Shown: in pieces, positions 54,182-64,000 of the stretch | How the letters are laid out: each line of letters starts with the position of its first letter | How positions within the stretch are numbered: position 1 is the first letter of the stretch | Assembly: GCA_011052215.1 (NCBI GenBank) | Contig: DRJK01000127.1 | Coordinates: forward strand, 652-64,651 | Direction: 5' to 3' | Length of the DNA stretch: 64,000 nucleotides | From: Gammaproteobacteria bacterium | GTDB taxonomy: Bacteria; Pseudomonadota; Gammaproteobacteria; JAADHQ01 | Made by a program: the position numbers and the translations under genes | The notes under the pieces: generated by a model | The model's input: the letters and a program-made list of their open reading frames with translations, nothing else | What the model was told of the DNA's origin: nothing | Databases searched by the model: none

Positions 54182-57071
54182 TATCCAGTTTATTCTGATA
54201 GAATTTCCTTTTACGGCCCGATATCAACCGCCTTGCCAATACAATAATTACGATGCCAAGTATTGCTATCGCGTAATTTATGTATTCCCACATCACCTGC
54301 TCGCTCTTCTTCATCGGGGGAATGGTCTGATTAAAGTTTCCACGTGAACGAATTGTCAGCAAACCCCTGTCTTCCAATGACCAGTCAATGGCATTGGCAA
54401 GCAACTGGAATGAATTGCGATATGAAGTTCCCCTGGCCGATGTAATCATACTGACGGTCTCGTCTTCAATAAACTCGTTTGATGAAAACAGGATAATCCT
54501 GGCATTTTCGGGTGATCGATTTATTACACCGCTGATGACCTCATCTTTCTTCCCGCCATCCCCGCTTTTGTTTTTTCCCGGCGACTCATCTTTCTTAACG
54601 GCAGCTTCAACCAGAAAGGGTGATTGTTTATCTGCATAAAAAGAATTGAACTGGCCTTCAATGATTACTCCTAACAACTTACTTCCCTGATCTTTACCTG
54701 GTGGGAAAGGCTTTTTCCCATCCTGTCTTATTCTTGGCATGATATTCAGTGAGGATGCGGTCCATGCCTTGTCCGAACTGGTCAGCAAGGGAGTGATTTT
54801 TCTACCCTTGTTCAGGTTTTCATCCAGCTTGATCGGCGATGCCCATGTCATGGTCAGTTGATCAAGCCCTGAAGTAATAATGTTTTCTTTATTAAGACCA
54901 TTGCGTATATCAATGAAATAGGGGTAATCCAGCATCCTGATTTCCTGAAAGCTGAACCCCCTTACATTGCGCGTCACCGGCACCGGAAATGCGGCATTAA
55001 CCGGGTCCATCACGAATGACTCTGTAATATCAATACCGATATTTTCAAGCCATCCGGCAAGCCCGGATTTTTGCCGGCTTGCTATCAGTTTTTGCCGTTT
55101 TATCTCGGCAGAAAAGGGTGATGTAGCTATAACCATGGTTCCACCCTGCATAACAAACTGGTCGATAGCAAACACTTCCCTGTCTGATAAATCTTTTGGT
55201 GCAATTACCAGCAACAGGTCAATGTCTGAAGGGACAACCGATTTTTTCAGGTCCAGGTTTTCAAGCGTCAGGTTGGTAGATAAACTTGTCTTGAGTTTCC
55301 TGAATGTCGCACCTCCCATCCCCAGTTGGGCCAAATATGGATTCGATGCCGGGGTGACCACACCTGCTTTTTTCAGGAACCCGCTTGCAAAGCGTTTCAA
55401 CCCTGCTTCAAGCCCCCGGCGAAATTCATCAATCTTGTAATCAGAGGGTAATGGTATTTGTATTTTTTGTCGCTTGCCAGACAAGACTACATAAAAGTAA
55501 AAGGTTTGTTTATCAAGTAAACTGGCCGACATGGACTTGAATCCATAACGCTTGTATATCGTGTCTGCCATTCTCCCGTCATTGGCCTCCGGCTCTACAA
55601 ACTCATAACGGAATTTACCGTTGGCCTTCTGCTTATATTGTTCAAATAATTTCCCGACATCTGATTTAAGCTTTTTTAAAATACCTGGCAGGCGCTGGTC
55701 GGATGAAATATAGGCAGTGACCGTCAGCTCCTCAGGGAGACGGCTAAACAAATCCCCTCCTGACTGGTATGCATATGAAACCTTCTTGATGGCCCGGGTG
55801 ATATCATATTCCGGATTTCGCAGACGTACATCAAGGTCTGTTTCTGACCTTGCCTTGATCTCTATCAAATCACGAAATCCCAGCACCTCATATTGATCAC
55901 CATATTCAATCAGTATATTAAAATAGGAATTTACCAGCGAGGCCTGGTACTTATCAGTGATTTGTAATGGAACCGGCTTGATACCATAACGCTTGTTTGC
56001 CTCGTCTTCCATTTCAGGATTTTGTTGTGGATCAACAAACTCAACGCGCACTGTTCCCCTGCCCACAACTCCGTATTCCTTTAACATATCCTTGATCCTC
56101 GGAACAAGCGGTGCCAGTAACGGGTGCGTTTTGGCACTGAAATAACCCCGTATCAGTATGGGCTCCTGTAGCCGGGATAAATAATCCCGGCTGGTATCTG
56201 ACAGGCTGTACATTTGCCCCCTTGTTACATCCAGGCGTAAATAATTTAATGGATAAAGCCACAGGTTGGCCATGACCAGATTCACGACCAGCAAAGCAGT
56301 CACCATCCATTTCCTTGCATGCATTTTTTTATTGCTATTTTTGGCCCAACGTTGCCTTTCAAGCGTGTAGGAGTTGAGCACGATAAATAATGCAGCAATA
56401 CTGACGTAATAATAAAGATCCCTGAAATCAATAATGCCACGCTCAATGGATTCAAAACGGGAACCGGAGCCCAGTAACCTCAACCACTCACCTGCGTGGT
56501 TGCCGAAAAACCCTGTAAACAAGGGTGAACCCACCAGATTAAACAGCCCGCAAATAAGGACAGTAATAATAAGGCTGACTATCTGGCTGTCGCTTCTTGC
56601 ACTGACGTACAGCCCGATGCTCAGGTAGGCTGCCCCCAGTAAAATTGCTGCCAGATAGGCTGCTAAAACAGGCCCCCAGTCAAGGTCTGAAATAATCGAG
56701 ACAGTTATCGGTACGGGCAGGGTTAACAATAGCGCCAGAATCAGCAGTATCAGGCAGGCATAAAATTTTCCCAATACAAAATGTGAGGTGCGAACCGGTA
56801 ATGTACTGACAAACTCTATTGTTCCTGACCTGTGTTCTTCACTCCACATGCGCATGGTCAATGCTGCTGAAAGAAATACCAGCATAACCGGCATCCATCG
56901 AAACAGCGGCCTGACATCGGCAATATTACGAGCAAAAAATGTCTCAACCCAGAAAAACAAGTACAACATAACCAGAACAAAGCTACCCAGAAACAGATAA
57001 GCCATAGGGGACGAGAAAAACTGTGTCAGCTCCTTGCCTGCAATACGCCGAACATCACGATCAAACAACAT
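54159..57071 (-). CDS. Fused ABC-2 family permease (GldF-like) and GldG-like auxiliary domain protein
   Basis: 970 aa. The N-terminal ~240 aa has 6 TM helices of ABC-2 type. This is followed by a large extracytoplasmic domain bracketed by TM helices, the last near the C-terminus (GldG / ABC_transp_aux architecture). Confidence 0.7.
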   Translation of the reverse strand: MLFDRDVRRIAGKELTQFFSSPMAYLFLGSFVLVMLYLFFWVETFFARNIADVRPLFRWMPVMLVFLSAALTMRMWSEEHRSGTIEFVSTLPVRTSHFVLGKFYACLILLILALLLTLPVPITVSIISDLDWGPVLAAYLAAILLGAAYLSIGLYVSARSDSQIVSLIITVLICGLFNLVGSPLFTGFFGNHAGEWLRLLGSGSRFESIERGIIDFRDLYYYVSIAALFIVLNSYTLERQRWAKNSNKKMHARKWMVTALLVVNLVMANLWLYPLNYLRLDVTRGQMYSLSDTSRDYLSRLQEPILIRGYFSAKTHPLLAPLVPRIKDMLKEYGVVGRGTVRVEFVDPQQNPEMEDEANKRYGIKPVPLQITDKYQASLVNSYFNILIEYGDQYEVLGFRDLIEIKARSETDLDVRLRNPEYDITRAIKKVSYAYQSGGDLFSRLPEELTVTAYISSDQRLPGILKKLKSDVGKLFEQYKQKANGKFRYEFVEPEANDGRMADTIYKRYGFKSMSASLLDKQTFYFYVVLSGKRQKIQIPLPSDYKIDEFRRGLEAGLKRFASGFLKKAGVVTPASNPYLAQLGMGGATFRKLKTSLSTNLTLENLDLKKSVVPSDIDLLLVIAPKDLSDREVFAIDQFVMQGGTMVIATSPFSAEIKRQKLIASRQKSGLAGWLENIGIDITESFVMDPVNAAFPVPVTRNVRGFSFQEIRMLDYPYFIDIRNGLNKENIITSGLDQLTMTWASPIKLDENLNKGRKITPLLTSSDKAWTASSLNIMPRIRQDGKKPFPPGKDQGSKLLGVIIEGQFNSFYADKQSPFLVEAAVKKDESPGKNKSGDGGKKDEVISGVINRSPENARIILFSSNEFIEDETVSMITSARGTSYRNSFQLLANAIDWSLEDRGLLTIRSRGNFNQTIPPMKKSEQVMWEYINYAIAILGIVIIVLARRLISGRKRKFYQNKLDSGHCNAR

Positions 57072-58026
57072 CCACTTGCTCCCCGGCCATATTCACTTCC
57101 CTGAAAACTGATTCTATATCATGCCTTTCAGGATATATGCAAAAAAGTCTGAAATTATGTTTCAGCAGCATGGTGGAAATTTCAGATATAGCTTGCCGGA
57201 TATCCATGTCATCCGACATTTCTACAATAAACGCCTTGTCCCTCTTTCCATTACCATCCTGAGCTATTGAAACCACACCATTTAACTGATCTGTCACTTG
57301 CCGTAATTCTGTCAGCCCGGCATTGGTTTCCAGTATTATTCGCCGGCTTTCGCCCAGAACATCCAGCATTTCATTTACGGCAACTTCTCCATTGCGCAGC
57401 ATAATAACCCTGTCACAAATCGCTTCGACTTCCTGCATTATATGTGTTGATAGAATAATGGTTGCTGATTCTGATGATTCGCGAATCAACTTCCTCATGT
57501 GCATGGTCTGGGTCGGATCAAGTCCATTGGTTGGCTCATCCAGTATCAGCACCTTAGGTTGATGGATAATCGCCTGGGCAACACCAACACGCTGCCTGAA
57601 ACCCCGCGACAAAGTAGAAATCGGCTGCATTGCCTTTTCAAGGAGCCCGGTTTTTTTCATCGCCTCCAGAACAGCGTTCATAATTGTTGATTCATCAATA
57701 CCACGCAGACTGGCCACATATTCCAGATAGTCTGCAACAATCATCTCAGGATAAAGAGGTAAATTTTCCGGAAGATAACCAATCAGGGATTTAACAGCTT
57801 GCTGCTGCTTGACAATATCAAGCCCATTGATTGTGATCGTGCCGGCACTCGGCTCGAGGTAACCCGTCAGCATTTTCATAATGGTTGTCTTGCCCGCACC
57901 GTTGTGCCCGAGCAAACCAACCACTTCGCCTTGTGGTATTTTAAAAGAGACCCGATCGACCGCAGTAAAACTTCCATAACACCGACTTAGTAGGTCAACC
58001 TTAATCATTAGCGCACCTTTGTACAC
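57061..58026 (-). CDS. ABC transporter ATP-binding protein (GldA-like) with C-terminal extension
   Basis: Walker A GHNGAGKTT, an ABC signature LSRGFRQR and Walker B ILDEPT. It overlaps the permease start by 11 nt. Confidence 0.88.
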   Translation of the reverse strand: MYKGALMIKVDLLSRCYGSFTAVDRVSFKIPQGEVVGLLGHNGAGKTTIMKMLTGYLEPSAGTITINGLDIVKQQQAVKSLIGYLPENLPLYPEMIVADYLEYVASLRGIDESTIMNAVLEAMKKTGLLEKAMQPISTLSRGFRQRVGVAQAIIHQPKVLILDEPTNGLDPTQTMHMRKLIRESSESATIILSTHIMQEVEAICDRVIMLRNGEVAVNEMLDVLGESRRIILETNAGLTELRQVTDQLNGVVSIAQDGNGKRDKAFIVEMSDDMDIRQAISEISTMLLKHNFRLFCIYPERHDIESVFREVNMAGEQVDVV

Positions 58027-58060
58027 ACCATATTAATAAAAAGACAGTCAGATGCACGGC

Positions 58061-58489
58061 TTATTTTGTCTTATTTTCACCTATCCGACAATCCTGACAG
58101 ATACCATAAATATATAAACTGTGATCGGTCATCTCATAGCCCGCTTTCTCTGCTATTTCATACTGCAGTTTTTCTATTGTATCGTCAATAAATTCATCTA
58201 CCCTGCCGCACATCACACATACGATGTGGTCATGATGCCCGCCCTGGTTCATCTCGAAGACCGAATGGCCACTGTCGAAATGGTGACGCGTAACAAGCCC
58301 GGCTGTTTCAAACTGGGTCAATACCCGATAGACTGTCGCCAGCCCGATTTCTTCACCTGTCTCAAGTAACAGCTTATATACATCTTCTGCGCTGAAATGA
58401 CCATTTTCATTGTTCTCAAGTACTTCAAGAATCTTGACGCGGGGCAAAGTGACCTTCAGGCCGGCCTTTCTGATATCATGCGATTCCAA
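58061..58489 (-). CDS. fur: Ferric uptake regulator (Fur family)
   Basis: 142 aa. Winged-helix N-terminus (LKVTLPRVKILEVL), an HHDH metal site and CxxC motifs. Confidence 0.9.
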   Translation of the reverse strand: MESHDIRKAGLKVTLPRVKILEVLENNENGHFSAEDVYKLLLETGEEIGLATVYRVLTQFETAGLVTRHHFDSGHSVFEMNQGGHHDHIVCVMCGRVDEFIDDTIEKLQYEIAEKAGYEMTDHSLYIYGICQDCRIGENKTK

Positions 58490-58572
58490 TTTGTCTGTAT
58501 TCCTGTGTGGTCAGCCGTCAGGGCTTGGGTTATTATTCACTTTCCAGATTAAATAGACGTACAAAAATCTAA

Positions 58573-59040
58573 ATGAAAAAGATTCTTATTCTTATTATAA
58601 ATATAACATTCCTTGTTGTCACCGGATGTTCAAGATTCATTCCTGCCTACAAAATTGACGTACAGCAGGGCAACATCCTGCTTAAGGAGGATGTTGACCA
58701 GATTCGCCCTGGTATGGACCAGAAAAAAGTCAGTTATATCCTGGGTACACCCGCTATCAAAGACCCTTTTCATCCTCATCGATGGGACTATATCTATACC
58801 CTGAAAAAAGGTAATGGAAAATATGAGGAAAAGAATATAACCGTTTATTTTGAAAAGAATAAACTGGTTCGCACAGAGGGCAGTGTACGTCCGGACCCGA
58901 CAACAGCAAAAAGCCCTGACAAGTACAAAAAAAGCGCCGTCATGACCGTTAATCCCGTTATCAGGGAAAAACCGGGATGGTTAAAAAGAATCTGGATCAG
59001 TTTTTTTGGCAGTGAAGAAGATCTTGAGTCGCTGGACTAG
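58573..59040 (+). CDS. bamE: Outer membrane protein assembly factor BamE (SmpA/OmlA lipoprotein)
   Basis: 155 aa. Lipobox (VVTGCS), a VQQGN...QIRPGMDQKKVxxILGTP BamE core and an extended C-terminus. Confidence 0.85.
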   Translation: MKKILILIINITFLVVTGCSRFIPAYKIDVQQGNILLKEDVDQIRPGMDQKKVSYILGTPAIKDPFHPHRWDYIYTLKKGNGKYEEKNITVYFEKNKLVRTEGSVRPDPTTAKSPDKYKKSAVMTVNPVIREKPGWLKRIWISFFGSEEDLESLD

Positions 59041-59046
59041 TGCTCT

Positions 59047-59243
59047 ATCAAGGTGAGGACATGGAATCGGTAAGCCTGATCACGACCGTCTGCCGCACGG
59101 ACGCGGCAGCCGAGCCGCCATGGATGGCATGCTTTGCGTGTCTTGATCCGGCCTGCCGGTTTCATGTCCGGATTGCGGGTTAGCCCAAACGCACTTGCCG
59201 CTTACATTTCAGCTACATTCGTCATGGGTTAACGGGACGGCAG
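59047..59243. repeat. Intergenic repeat element copy C (lacks left terminal repeat; internal stem degenerate)
   Basis: It aligns along most of its length with the reverse complement of copy A (GTGAGGACATGG...GCGGCAGCCGAGCCGCCATGGATGGCATGCTTTGCGTGTCTTGATC...GCCGGTTTCATGTCC...GTTAACGGGACGGCAG). Confidence 0.6.
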
Positions 59244-59260
59244 TGAATTTGTGTATTGAA

Positions 59261-59590
59261 TCAGGAGGATGGACTTTTTTCAGCCGACCCCTTGGTCATC
59301 ACCTTGCCTTCTGCTGCACGCTTGCGTCTAACCTCTTTGGGGTCGGCAATCAGCGGCCGGTATATCTCAACCCTGTCGCCCTCATTCAACACCCTGTCTT
59401 GCTTGCACAGCTTTCCAAAAATACCTACCTTGTTGATCGTACCCAGATTAATTTCGGGGTATCGTTCCAGGATTCCGGATTCCCGAATTGCCTCGCCCGC
59501 AGTTGTTCCCTCAGCAACTTTTATTGACAATATTTGCTGGTCATTTAGCAAGGCATAAGCAACCTCGACTCTGATTTTATTCTTTCCCAT
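59261..59590 (-). CDS. ratB: RnfH-family ubiquitin-like protein (YfjF/RatB, UPF0125)
   Basis: KIRVEVAYAL...GDRVEIYRPLIADPKEVRRKRA is closely similar to E. coli YfjF. Start trimmed to Met17 of the ORF. Confidence 0.85.
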   Translation of the reverse strand: MGKNKIRVEVAYALLNDQQILSIKVAEGTTAGEAIRESGILERYPEINLGTINKVGIFGKLCKQDRVLNEGDRVEIYRPLIADPKEVRRKRAAEGKVMTKGSAEKSPSS

Positions 59591-60014
59591 ATATTTTATC
59601 GGCCCTGTTACAAAAGACATCAACCAGGCTATTGGCAACCTGGCTAAACAACGGTGCCGTGATCAGCCCTACCATGCGGCTTTTAAATTCAAAATCCAGA
59701 TCAAATGATATCTTGCACGCGTTTTCCCTTAATGGCTCAAAACTCCAAAACCCTTCAAGGTGATGAAATGGCCCTTCTACCAGCTTCATTTCGATCATCT
59801 TAGCCGGCATCAGCCGGTTATGTGTTGTAAATTCCTTATGTATTGATCCCTTTCTCAATACCAGGCTGGCGGTCACTTCATCCCTGCCTCGTTCCCGGAC
59901 AATAGCAGACTGACACCACTGCAAAAATTCAGGGTAGGCCTCTATATCGTCTACCAGTGCAAACATTTGCTGTGCACTATAGGGTGTTAGCGCATGTCTG
60001 TGAATTGTAGTCAC
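59577..60014 (-). CDS. ratA: Ribosome-association toxin RatA (SRPBCC/COQ10-like)
   Basis: 145 aa. ALVPYSAEQMFxLVxDxxxYPxFLxxC...GPFxxLxGxWxFxPL matches E. coli YfjG/RatA. Confidence 0.85.
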   Translation of the reverse strand: MTTIHRHALTPYSAQQMFALVDDIEAYPEFLQWCQSAIVRERGRDEVTASLVLRKGSIHKEFTTHNRLMPAKMIEMKLVEGPFHHLEGFWSFEPLRENACKISFDLDFEFKSRMVGLITAPLFSQVANSLVDVFCNRADKIYGKE

Positions 60015-60028
60015 CTTGACTCCAGAAA

Positions 60029-61540
60029 TTACATTACAGGCTGATAGACAAGATACTTATATATCCACTCAATCAGTCCGGATACGAATATGACAAAGAC
60101 CAGTGCTGGAGCGATATAACGTACCAGAGCTTGCCAGATTTTATAATACAAATCATTTTTTAAATTCAGTTCATCCCTGGAATTTTGTGGACTCATTATC
60201 CACCCTGCAAAGATAGCGATCAAGAAACCGCCAACAGGTAACATAACAAGAGTTACAACACTGTCTATTATCTGAAACCCGGTAAGGTCAAAAATCTGGT
60301 GGCTCAGTTCAATATCAGGAATGTCCAGAAAGCCTGCCAATACATAAAATATTCTCCTGAGTGTTACCCCCGATTCTGAAAATACGCTGATAATACCCAC
60401 CAGCCAACATGCTATACCAGCCCAGGCCGTTGCCTGCACCCGGGTCATGCCACGCCTCTCAACCAGCCAGATAACTGTCGGTTCAATCAATGCTATTGCT
60501 GAAGTCAGTGCCGCAAAAAACAGTAAAAGAAAAAAAGCCGTACCCATCAGGCTGCCAAAATACATCGAACCAAAAGCGATAGGCAGGGTAGTAAACACCA
60601 GCCCGGGGCCCTGTGATGCCGACAACCCGTACGTGAAGACAATCGGGAAAATTGCCAGACCAGCCACGATTGCAACCAGTGTATCAGCAAAGGCTATGCT
60701 CATTGCTACCTTGGCAATGGATACCTCACGTTTTAGATAGGAACCAAAAATCATCATGGCACCTACCCCCAGACTCAATGTAAAAAAGGCATGTCCCATT
60801 GCTGTCAATATTCCTTTAAAAGTAAACCGGTAGGAACCGTTTGAGTCAAGGATGTAGATCCCGGCTTCATTCCTGGCAAAGAGCAGTTTTTTAAAATCAA
60901 TATCAAACATATAACTGGCGCCATTAACAAAGGACCCGGTGTATGCAGTATAAGCGACCAGAATGAGCAACAAACCCAGGAGAGCTGGAATCAGGATCTT
61001 CACTGTCTTCTCCAGACCGTGCTTTACTCCCCTGCTGACAACCAGACAAGTTATCACCATAAATACGGTATGCCACGCCAGCAGTGCTTCCGGGTTATCG
61101 CGAAAGGTATTGTAAATACTCTTTACACCGTCTGCACTTTGATTGGTAAATGTCCCCGATGCAGCACGGACTGCATAGGCAATAACTTCACCACCGACAA
61201 CACTGTAATAGGAGAGAATTAAAAAACCTGAGATGGATACCATGCCACCCAACCATGCCCAACGCCGGCTTTTCTGGTCTTCAGAGGCAATGATATAAAA
61301 CGAATTATATGGGCTTTGCCGACCACGTCGGCCCAGCATGACCTCGGACATAAAAATAGGGAGGCCGATGAGTACAACAAAAAGGAGATAGGTCAGTACG
61401 AAGGCACCCCCGCCATTCTGTCCTACCACATAGGGGAACTTCCATATATTACCCAGCCCGACAACAGCACCTGTTGCTGCCAGAAAAAAAGTGAGACTGC
61501 CAGACCACTCACCTTGATGGGAAACTCTTTCACTCGTCAT
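60029..61540 (-). CDS. Sodium-dependent transporter, NSS (SNF) family
   Basis: 503 aa, ~12 TM helices, with the GLGNIWKFPY signature in TM1. Confidence 0.85.
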   Translation of the reverse strand: MTSERVSHQGEWSGSLTFFLAATGAVVGLGNIWKFPYVVGQNGGGAFVLTYLLFVVLIGLPIFMSEVMLGRRGRQSPYNSFYIIASEDQKSRRWAWLGGMVSISGFLILSYYSVVGGEVIAYAVRAASGTFTNQSADGVKSIYNTFRDNPEALLAWHTVFMVITCLVVSRGVKHGLEKTVKILIPALLGLLLILVAYTAYTGSFVNGASYMFDIDFKKLLFARNEAGIYILDSNGSYRFTFKGILTAMGHAFFTLSLGVGAMMIFGSYLKREVSIAKVAMSIAFADTLVAIVAGLAIFPIVFTYGLSASQGPGLVFTTLPIAFGSMYFGSLMGTAFFLLLFFAALTSAIALIEPTVIWLVERRGMTRVQATAWAGIACWLVGIISVFSESGVTLRRIFYVLAGFLDIPDIELSHQIFDLTGFQIIDSVVTLVMLPVGGFLIAIFAGWIMSPQNSRDELNLKNDLYYKIWQALVRYIAPALVFVIFVSGLIEWIYKYLVYQPVM

Positions 61541-61591
61541 AGTTGGCTCATTAATTATTTATTTATTGTATGCCAATAGTGGGTCAGGGTG

Positions 61592-63139
61592 TTATCCGCT
61601 ACTGCGACCTACTTCTCGATCCAGCTCGCCTGTCCTGAGTCTGAACAGGTATTCAGCCAGCCCTTCTCTCACTTTTCCATGCAATAAATACAACCCGATA
61701 AAATTCGGGAGCGCCATCCCTAACAGCAACAGATCACTGAATTCCAGAATGTTGCTGGCACTGGTGACAGAACCGATCACAACAAAAATAACAAAAATAA
61801 TTCTGAATGCCATGGAAGACTTTTCGCCAAACAGATATGTCCAGCAACGTTCACCATAATATGACCATGCAATCATGGTGGAATACGCAAACAACACCAC
61901 CGAGACAGAAAGAATGACCGGGAACCATGAAATCACGGTACCAAAGGCATAGGCTGTCAGTGCCGCACCTTCATTGCCTTTAACAAGCTCTGCCGTTTCC
62001 GGCATATCATATACACCAGTGATAATGATGACCAGTGCCGTCATCGTACAAATCACAACGGTATCGATAAAGGGTTCCATCAAGGCAACGATTCCCTGGC
62101 GTACCGGATATTTAACCCTGGCTGTTGCGTGTGCGATAGCGGCTGAACCGATACCAGCCTCACTGGAAAATGCCGCTCTCTTGAAACCCTGCACCAACAC
62201 CCCGATTAATCCGCCCAAACCGGCAGCAGGCGTAAAGGCCCCGTTGAAAATTTTATCGATTGCATCAGGTACATTTGCCGCGTTGGTAATAATGATCCAC
62301 AAACAGGCCAACAGATAAATCAACACCATAGCGGGCACAATGGCCTCGGCAGTACGAGCAATGCGCCGGATGCCGCCTATAATAACAACACCCACCATGA
62401 AACTCATAATGAGACCGAATACCCAGGGTTGTTCTGCAAATAGCGGGATCTGTTGCTTGACCGCCGTTAATGCCTGACTCACCTGGAAGGCATTGCCGCC
62501 ACCCAGTGAGGCACCAATGGCCAGAAAACTAAAGAGAATGGCCAGTATTTTCCCGGTCCTTGCCATACCCTTTTCAGCAAAACCACGGGAAAGGTACTCC
62601 ATCGCCCCACCCATAATATGGCCATCTGGTCGTACTTCACGGTACATTTGCGAAAGTGTCGCTTCGGTAAATTTGGACGTCATCCCCAACAGGCCGGCGA
62701 TGATCATCCAGAAGGTTGCACCTGGTCCCCCGACGGTAATGGCTATCGCCACACCGGCAATATTGCCAAGCCCGACGGTAGCGGACAATGCCGTGGTCAA
62801 TGCCTGGAAGGAAGTCACTTCACCCTCGGCACCGGGCACCTGATACTTACCGCGTAATATAAGGTAGGCATGCCTGAACATTTTCAGGTTCACAAAACCC
62901 ATACGAACCGTAAGAAAAATAGCACCAACTACCAGCCAGGCGACGATGAACGGCATATCAGGCTCACCTGGATACACATCATAGAAAAATACAGTAGCCA
63001 GATAGCCGTTGATCGTCCCGAATAAATCATTCAGGGTACGGACGGCCTCACTCTGCTCTGCTGCATATATAAAGAATGGAACAACCAATAACAGGAAAAA
63101 AACCAGGAACGAAGACGCCCTTCTCATATTTTTGTGCAT
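61592..63139 (-). CDS. Alanine/glycine:cation symporter (AGCS family) amino-acid carrier
   Basis: 515 aa polytopic protein. TALSATVGLGNIAGVAIAITxGGPGAxFWMW signature. Confidence 0.85.
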   Translation of the reverse strand: MHKNMRRASSFLVFFLLLVVPFFIYAAEQSEAVRTLNDLFGTINGYLATVFFYDVYPGEPDMPFIVAWLVVGAIFLTVRMGFVNLKMFRHAYLILRGKYQVPGAEGEVTSFQALTTALSATVGLGNIAGVAIAITVGGPGATFWMIIAGLLGMTSKFTEATLSQMYREVRPDGHIMGGAMEYLSRGFAEKGMARTGKILAILFSFLAIGASLGGGNAFQVSQALTAVKQQIPLFAEQPWVFGLIMSFMVGVVIIGGIRRIARTAEAIVPAMVLIYLLACLWIIITNAANVPDAIDKIFNGAFTPAAGLGGLIGVLVQGFKRAAFSSEAGIGSAAIAHATARVKYPVRQGIVALMEPFIDTVVICTMTALVIIITGVYDMPETAELVKGNEGAALTAYAFGTVISWFPVILSVSVVLFAYSTMIAWSYYGERCWTYLFGEKSSMAFRIIFVIFVVIGSVTSASNILEFSDLLLLGMALPNFIGLYLLHGKVREGLAEYLFRLRTGELDREVGRSSG

Positions 63140-63303
63140 TTCACACTCTCACGGTCACATAATTGTCCAAACGCCTGGTTTACTGCCTGCTCGCTTTTGT
63201 AGATTGTAAATACCCTATCATAATCATACGTATACGTCATTCTGCTTTATCCACATGACACAGAAGTAGTTCATAATCTTGTGATAAACGGTATAATTTC
63301 CGG

Positions 63304-63786
63304 ATGGCCACGAAAAAAAACAAAAAGACCGGCAAACCGTCCAGCACGATAACACTGAATAAAAAGGCCAAATTTGACTATTTTATTGAGGATCGATTCG
63401 AGGCAGGCCTTTCCCTGCAAGGCTGGGAAGTCAAAAGCCTGCGCGAAGGAAGGGTACAACTGCCCGAGAGCTATGTATTCGTCAAGCATGGAGAGGCCTT
63501 TATTTCCGGGATGACGATCACACCACTATCAACGGCTGCTGCCTATACAAAACCTGAACCAACCCGGATTCGTAAACTGCTTCTGCACCGAAAGGAAATC
63601 GACAAGCTGATGGGGGCCGTAGACCGCAAGGGCTACACCCTGGTTGCACTGGCCATGTACTGGAGCAGGGGCAAGGCCAAACTCGAAATTGGCCTGGGTA
63701 AAGGTAAAAAGGATTACGATAAACGAGCCGTGAAAAAAGACCGGGATTGGCAACGCCAGAAACAACGAATCATGAAACACGGATAA
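63304..63786 (+). CDS. smpB: SsrA-binding protein SmpB
   Basis: 160 aa. NKKAxFDYxIEDxxEAGLxLxGxEVKSLR...KLLLHRKEI...GYTLVxLxMYW is diagnostic for SmpB. Confidence 0.95.
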   Translation: MATKKNKKTGKPSSTITLNKKAKFDYFIEDRFEAGLSLQGWEVKSLREGRVQLPESYVFVKHGEAFISGMTITPLSTAAAYTKPEPTRIRKLLLHRKEIDKLMGAVDRKGYTLVALAMYWSRGKAKLEIGLGKGKKDYDKRAVKKDRDWQRQKQRIMKHG

Positions 63787-63932
63787 AAGGTACAAGTACA
63801 AAATCGCGAGCATGGCTCGCTCCTACCCTTTAATCTTATACCTTTCCCCTTTTACCTTCCCACCAAAGGTAATCATCTATCAACTCATCTTTACTTGAAA
63901 CATTGTCTTTCAACCCCCATACTTATAGACAT

Positions 63933-64000
63933 GGGGGCGACCTGGCTTCGACGCGGGTTGCGAAACCTGATGTGCATGTAGAGGGACAGATTACCTCTCA
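63933..64000 (+). ncRNA. ssrA: tmRNA (SsrA), 5' portion only (continues beyond window)
   Basis: GGGGGCGACCTGGCTTCGACGCGGGTTGCGAAACC...GTGCATG...GAGGG parallels the E. coli ssrA 5' end (acceptor stem, PK1 region). It sits immediately downstream of smpB. Confidence 0.8.

Noticed and set aside
58490-58572. Possible Fur box in the fur/bamE divergent promoter (GTGAATAATAAC-like)
   Set aside because: Only a weak partial match to the GATAATGATAATCATTATC consensus. It cannot be supported without a scoring matrix.

Overview
This 64 kb window is a gammaproteobacterial chromosomal segment, almost entirely on the minus strand, with a housekeeping gene order closely mirroring the E. coli 69-min and 59-min regions. 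I found no CRISPR array, no transposase or integrase, no rRNA and no obvious prophage.

Core gene content, from the 5' end:
- An SDR-family oxidoreductase pseudogene remnant and a cupin-domain gene.
- pnp-rpsO-truB-rbfA-infB-nusA-rimP, then a two-gene insertion (response regulator fused to a PP2C/SpoIIE phosphatase, plus an uncharacterized coiled-coil protein), then initiator tRNA-fMet (metY) with its own terminators.
- A DsrE-like secreted lipoprotein driven by a near-consensus sigma54 promoter, followed by a sigma54-dependent two-component system (sensor kinase and NtrC-family activator).
- A complete 14-gene nuoA-N operon with nuoC and nuoD unfused.
- tRNA-Leu(GAG), secG, tpiA, glmM, folP, ftsH, rlmE, divergent yhbY, a DUF4149-like membrane protein, greA, carAB and dapB.
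- A Gram-positive-style hrcA-grpE-dnaK-dnaJ block, with a CIRCE operator at hrcA and a sigma32 promoter at dnaK.
- nadK-recN.
- A fur-ABC-2/GldG/DUF4340 exporter cluster.
- bamE, ratB, ratA, two Na+-symporters (NSS and AGCS families), smpB, and the 5' end of tmRNA (ssrA) at the window edge.

The most notable non-standard content is:
- the RssB/RsbU-like response-regulator phosphatase plus unknown partner protein inserted into the otherwise conserved metY-rimP-nusA-infB locus;
- the sigma54 two-component system, sigma54 promoter and secreted DsrE-like gene cassette;
- a roughly 200-230 bp hairpin-rich MITE-like repeat family with terminal inverted repeats, present in three intergenic regions;
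- Fur positioned as the first gene of an ABC-2/GldG/DUF4340 exporter operon.

All calls come from reading the translations and DNA by eye. No database searches were run.
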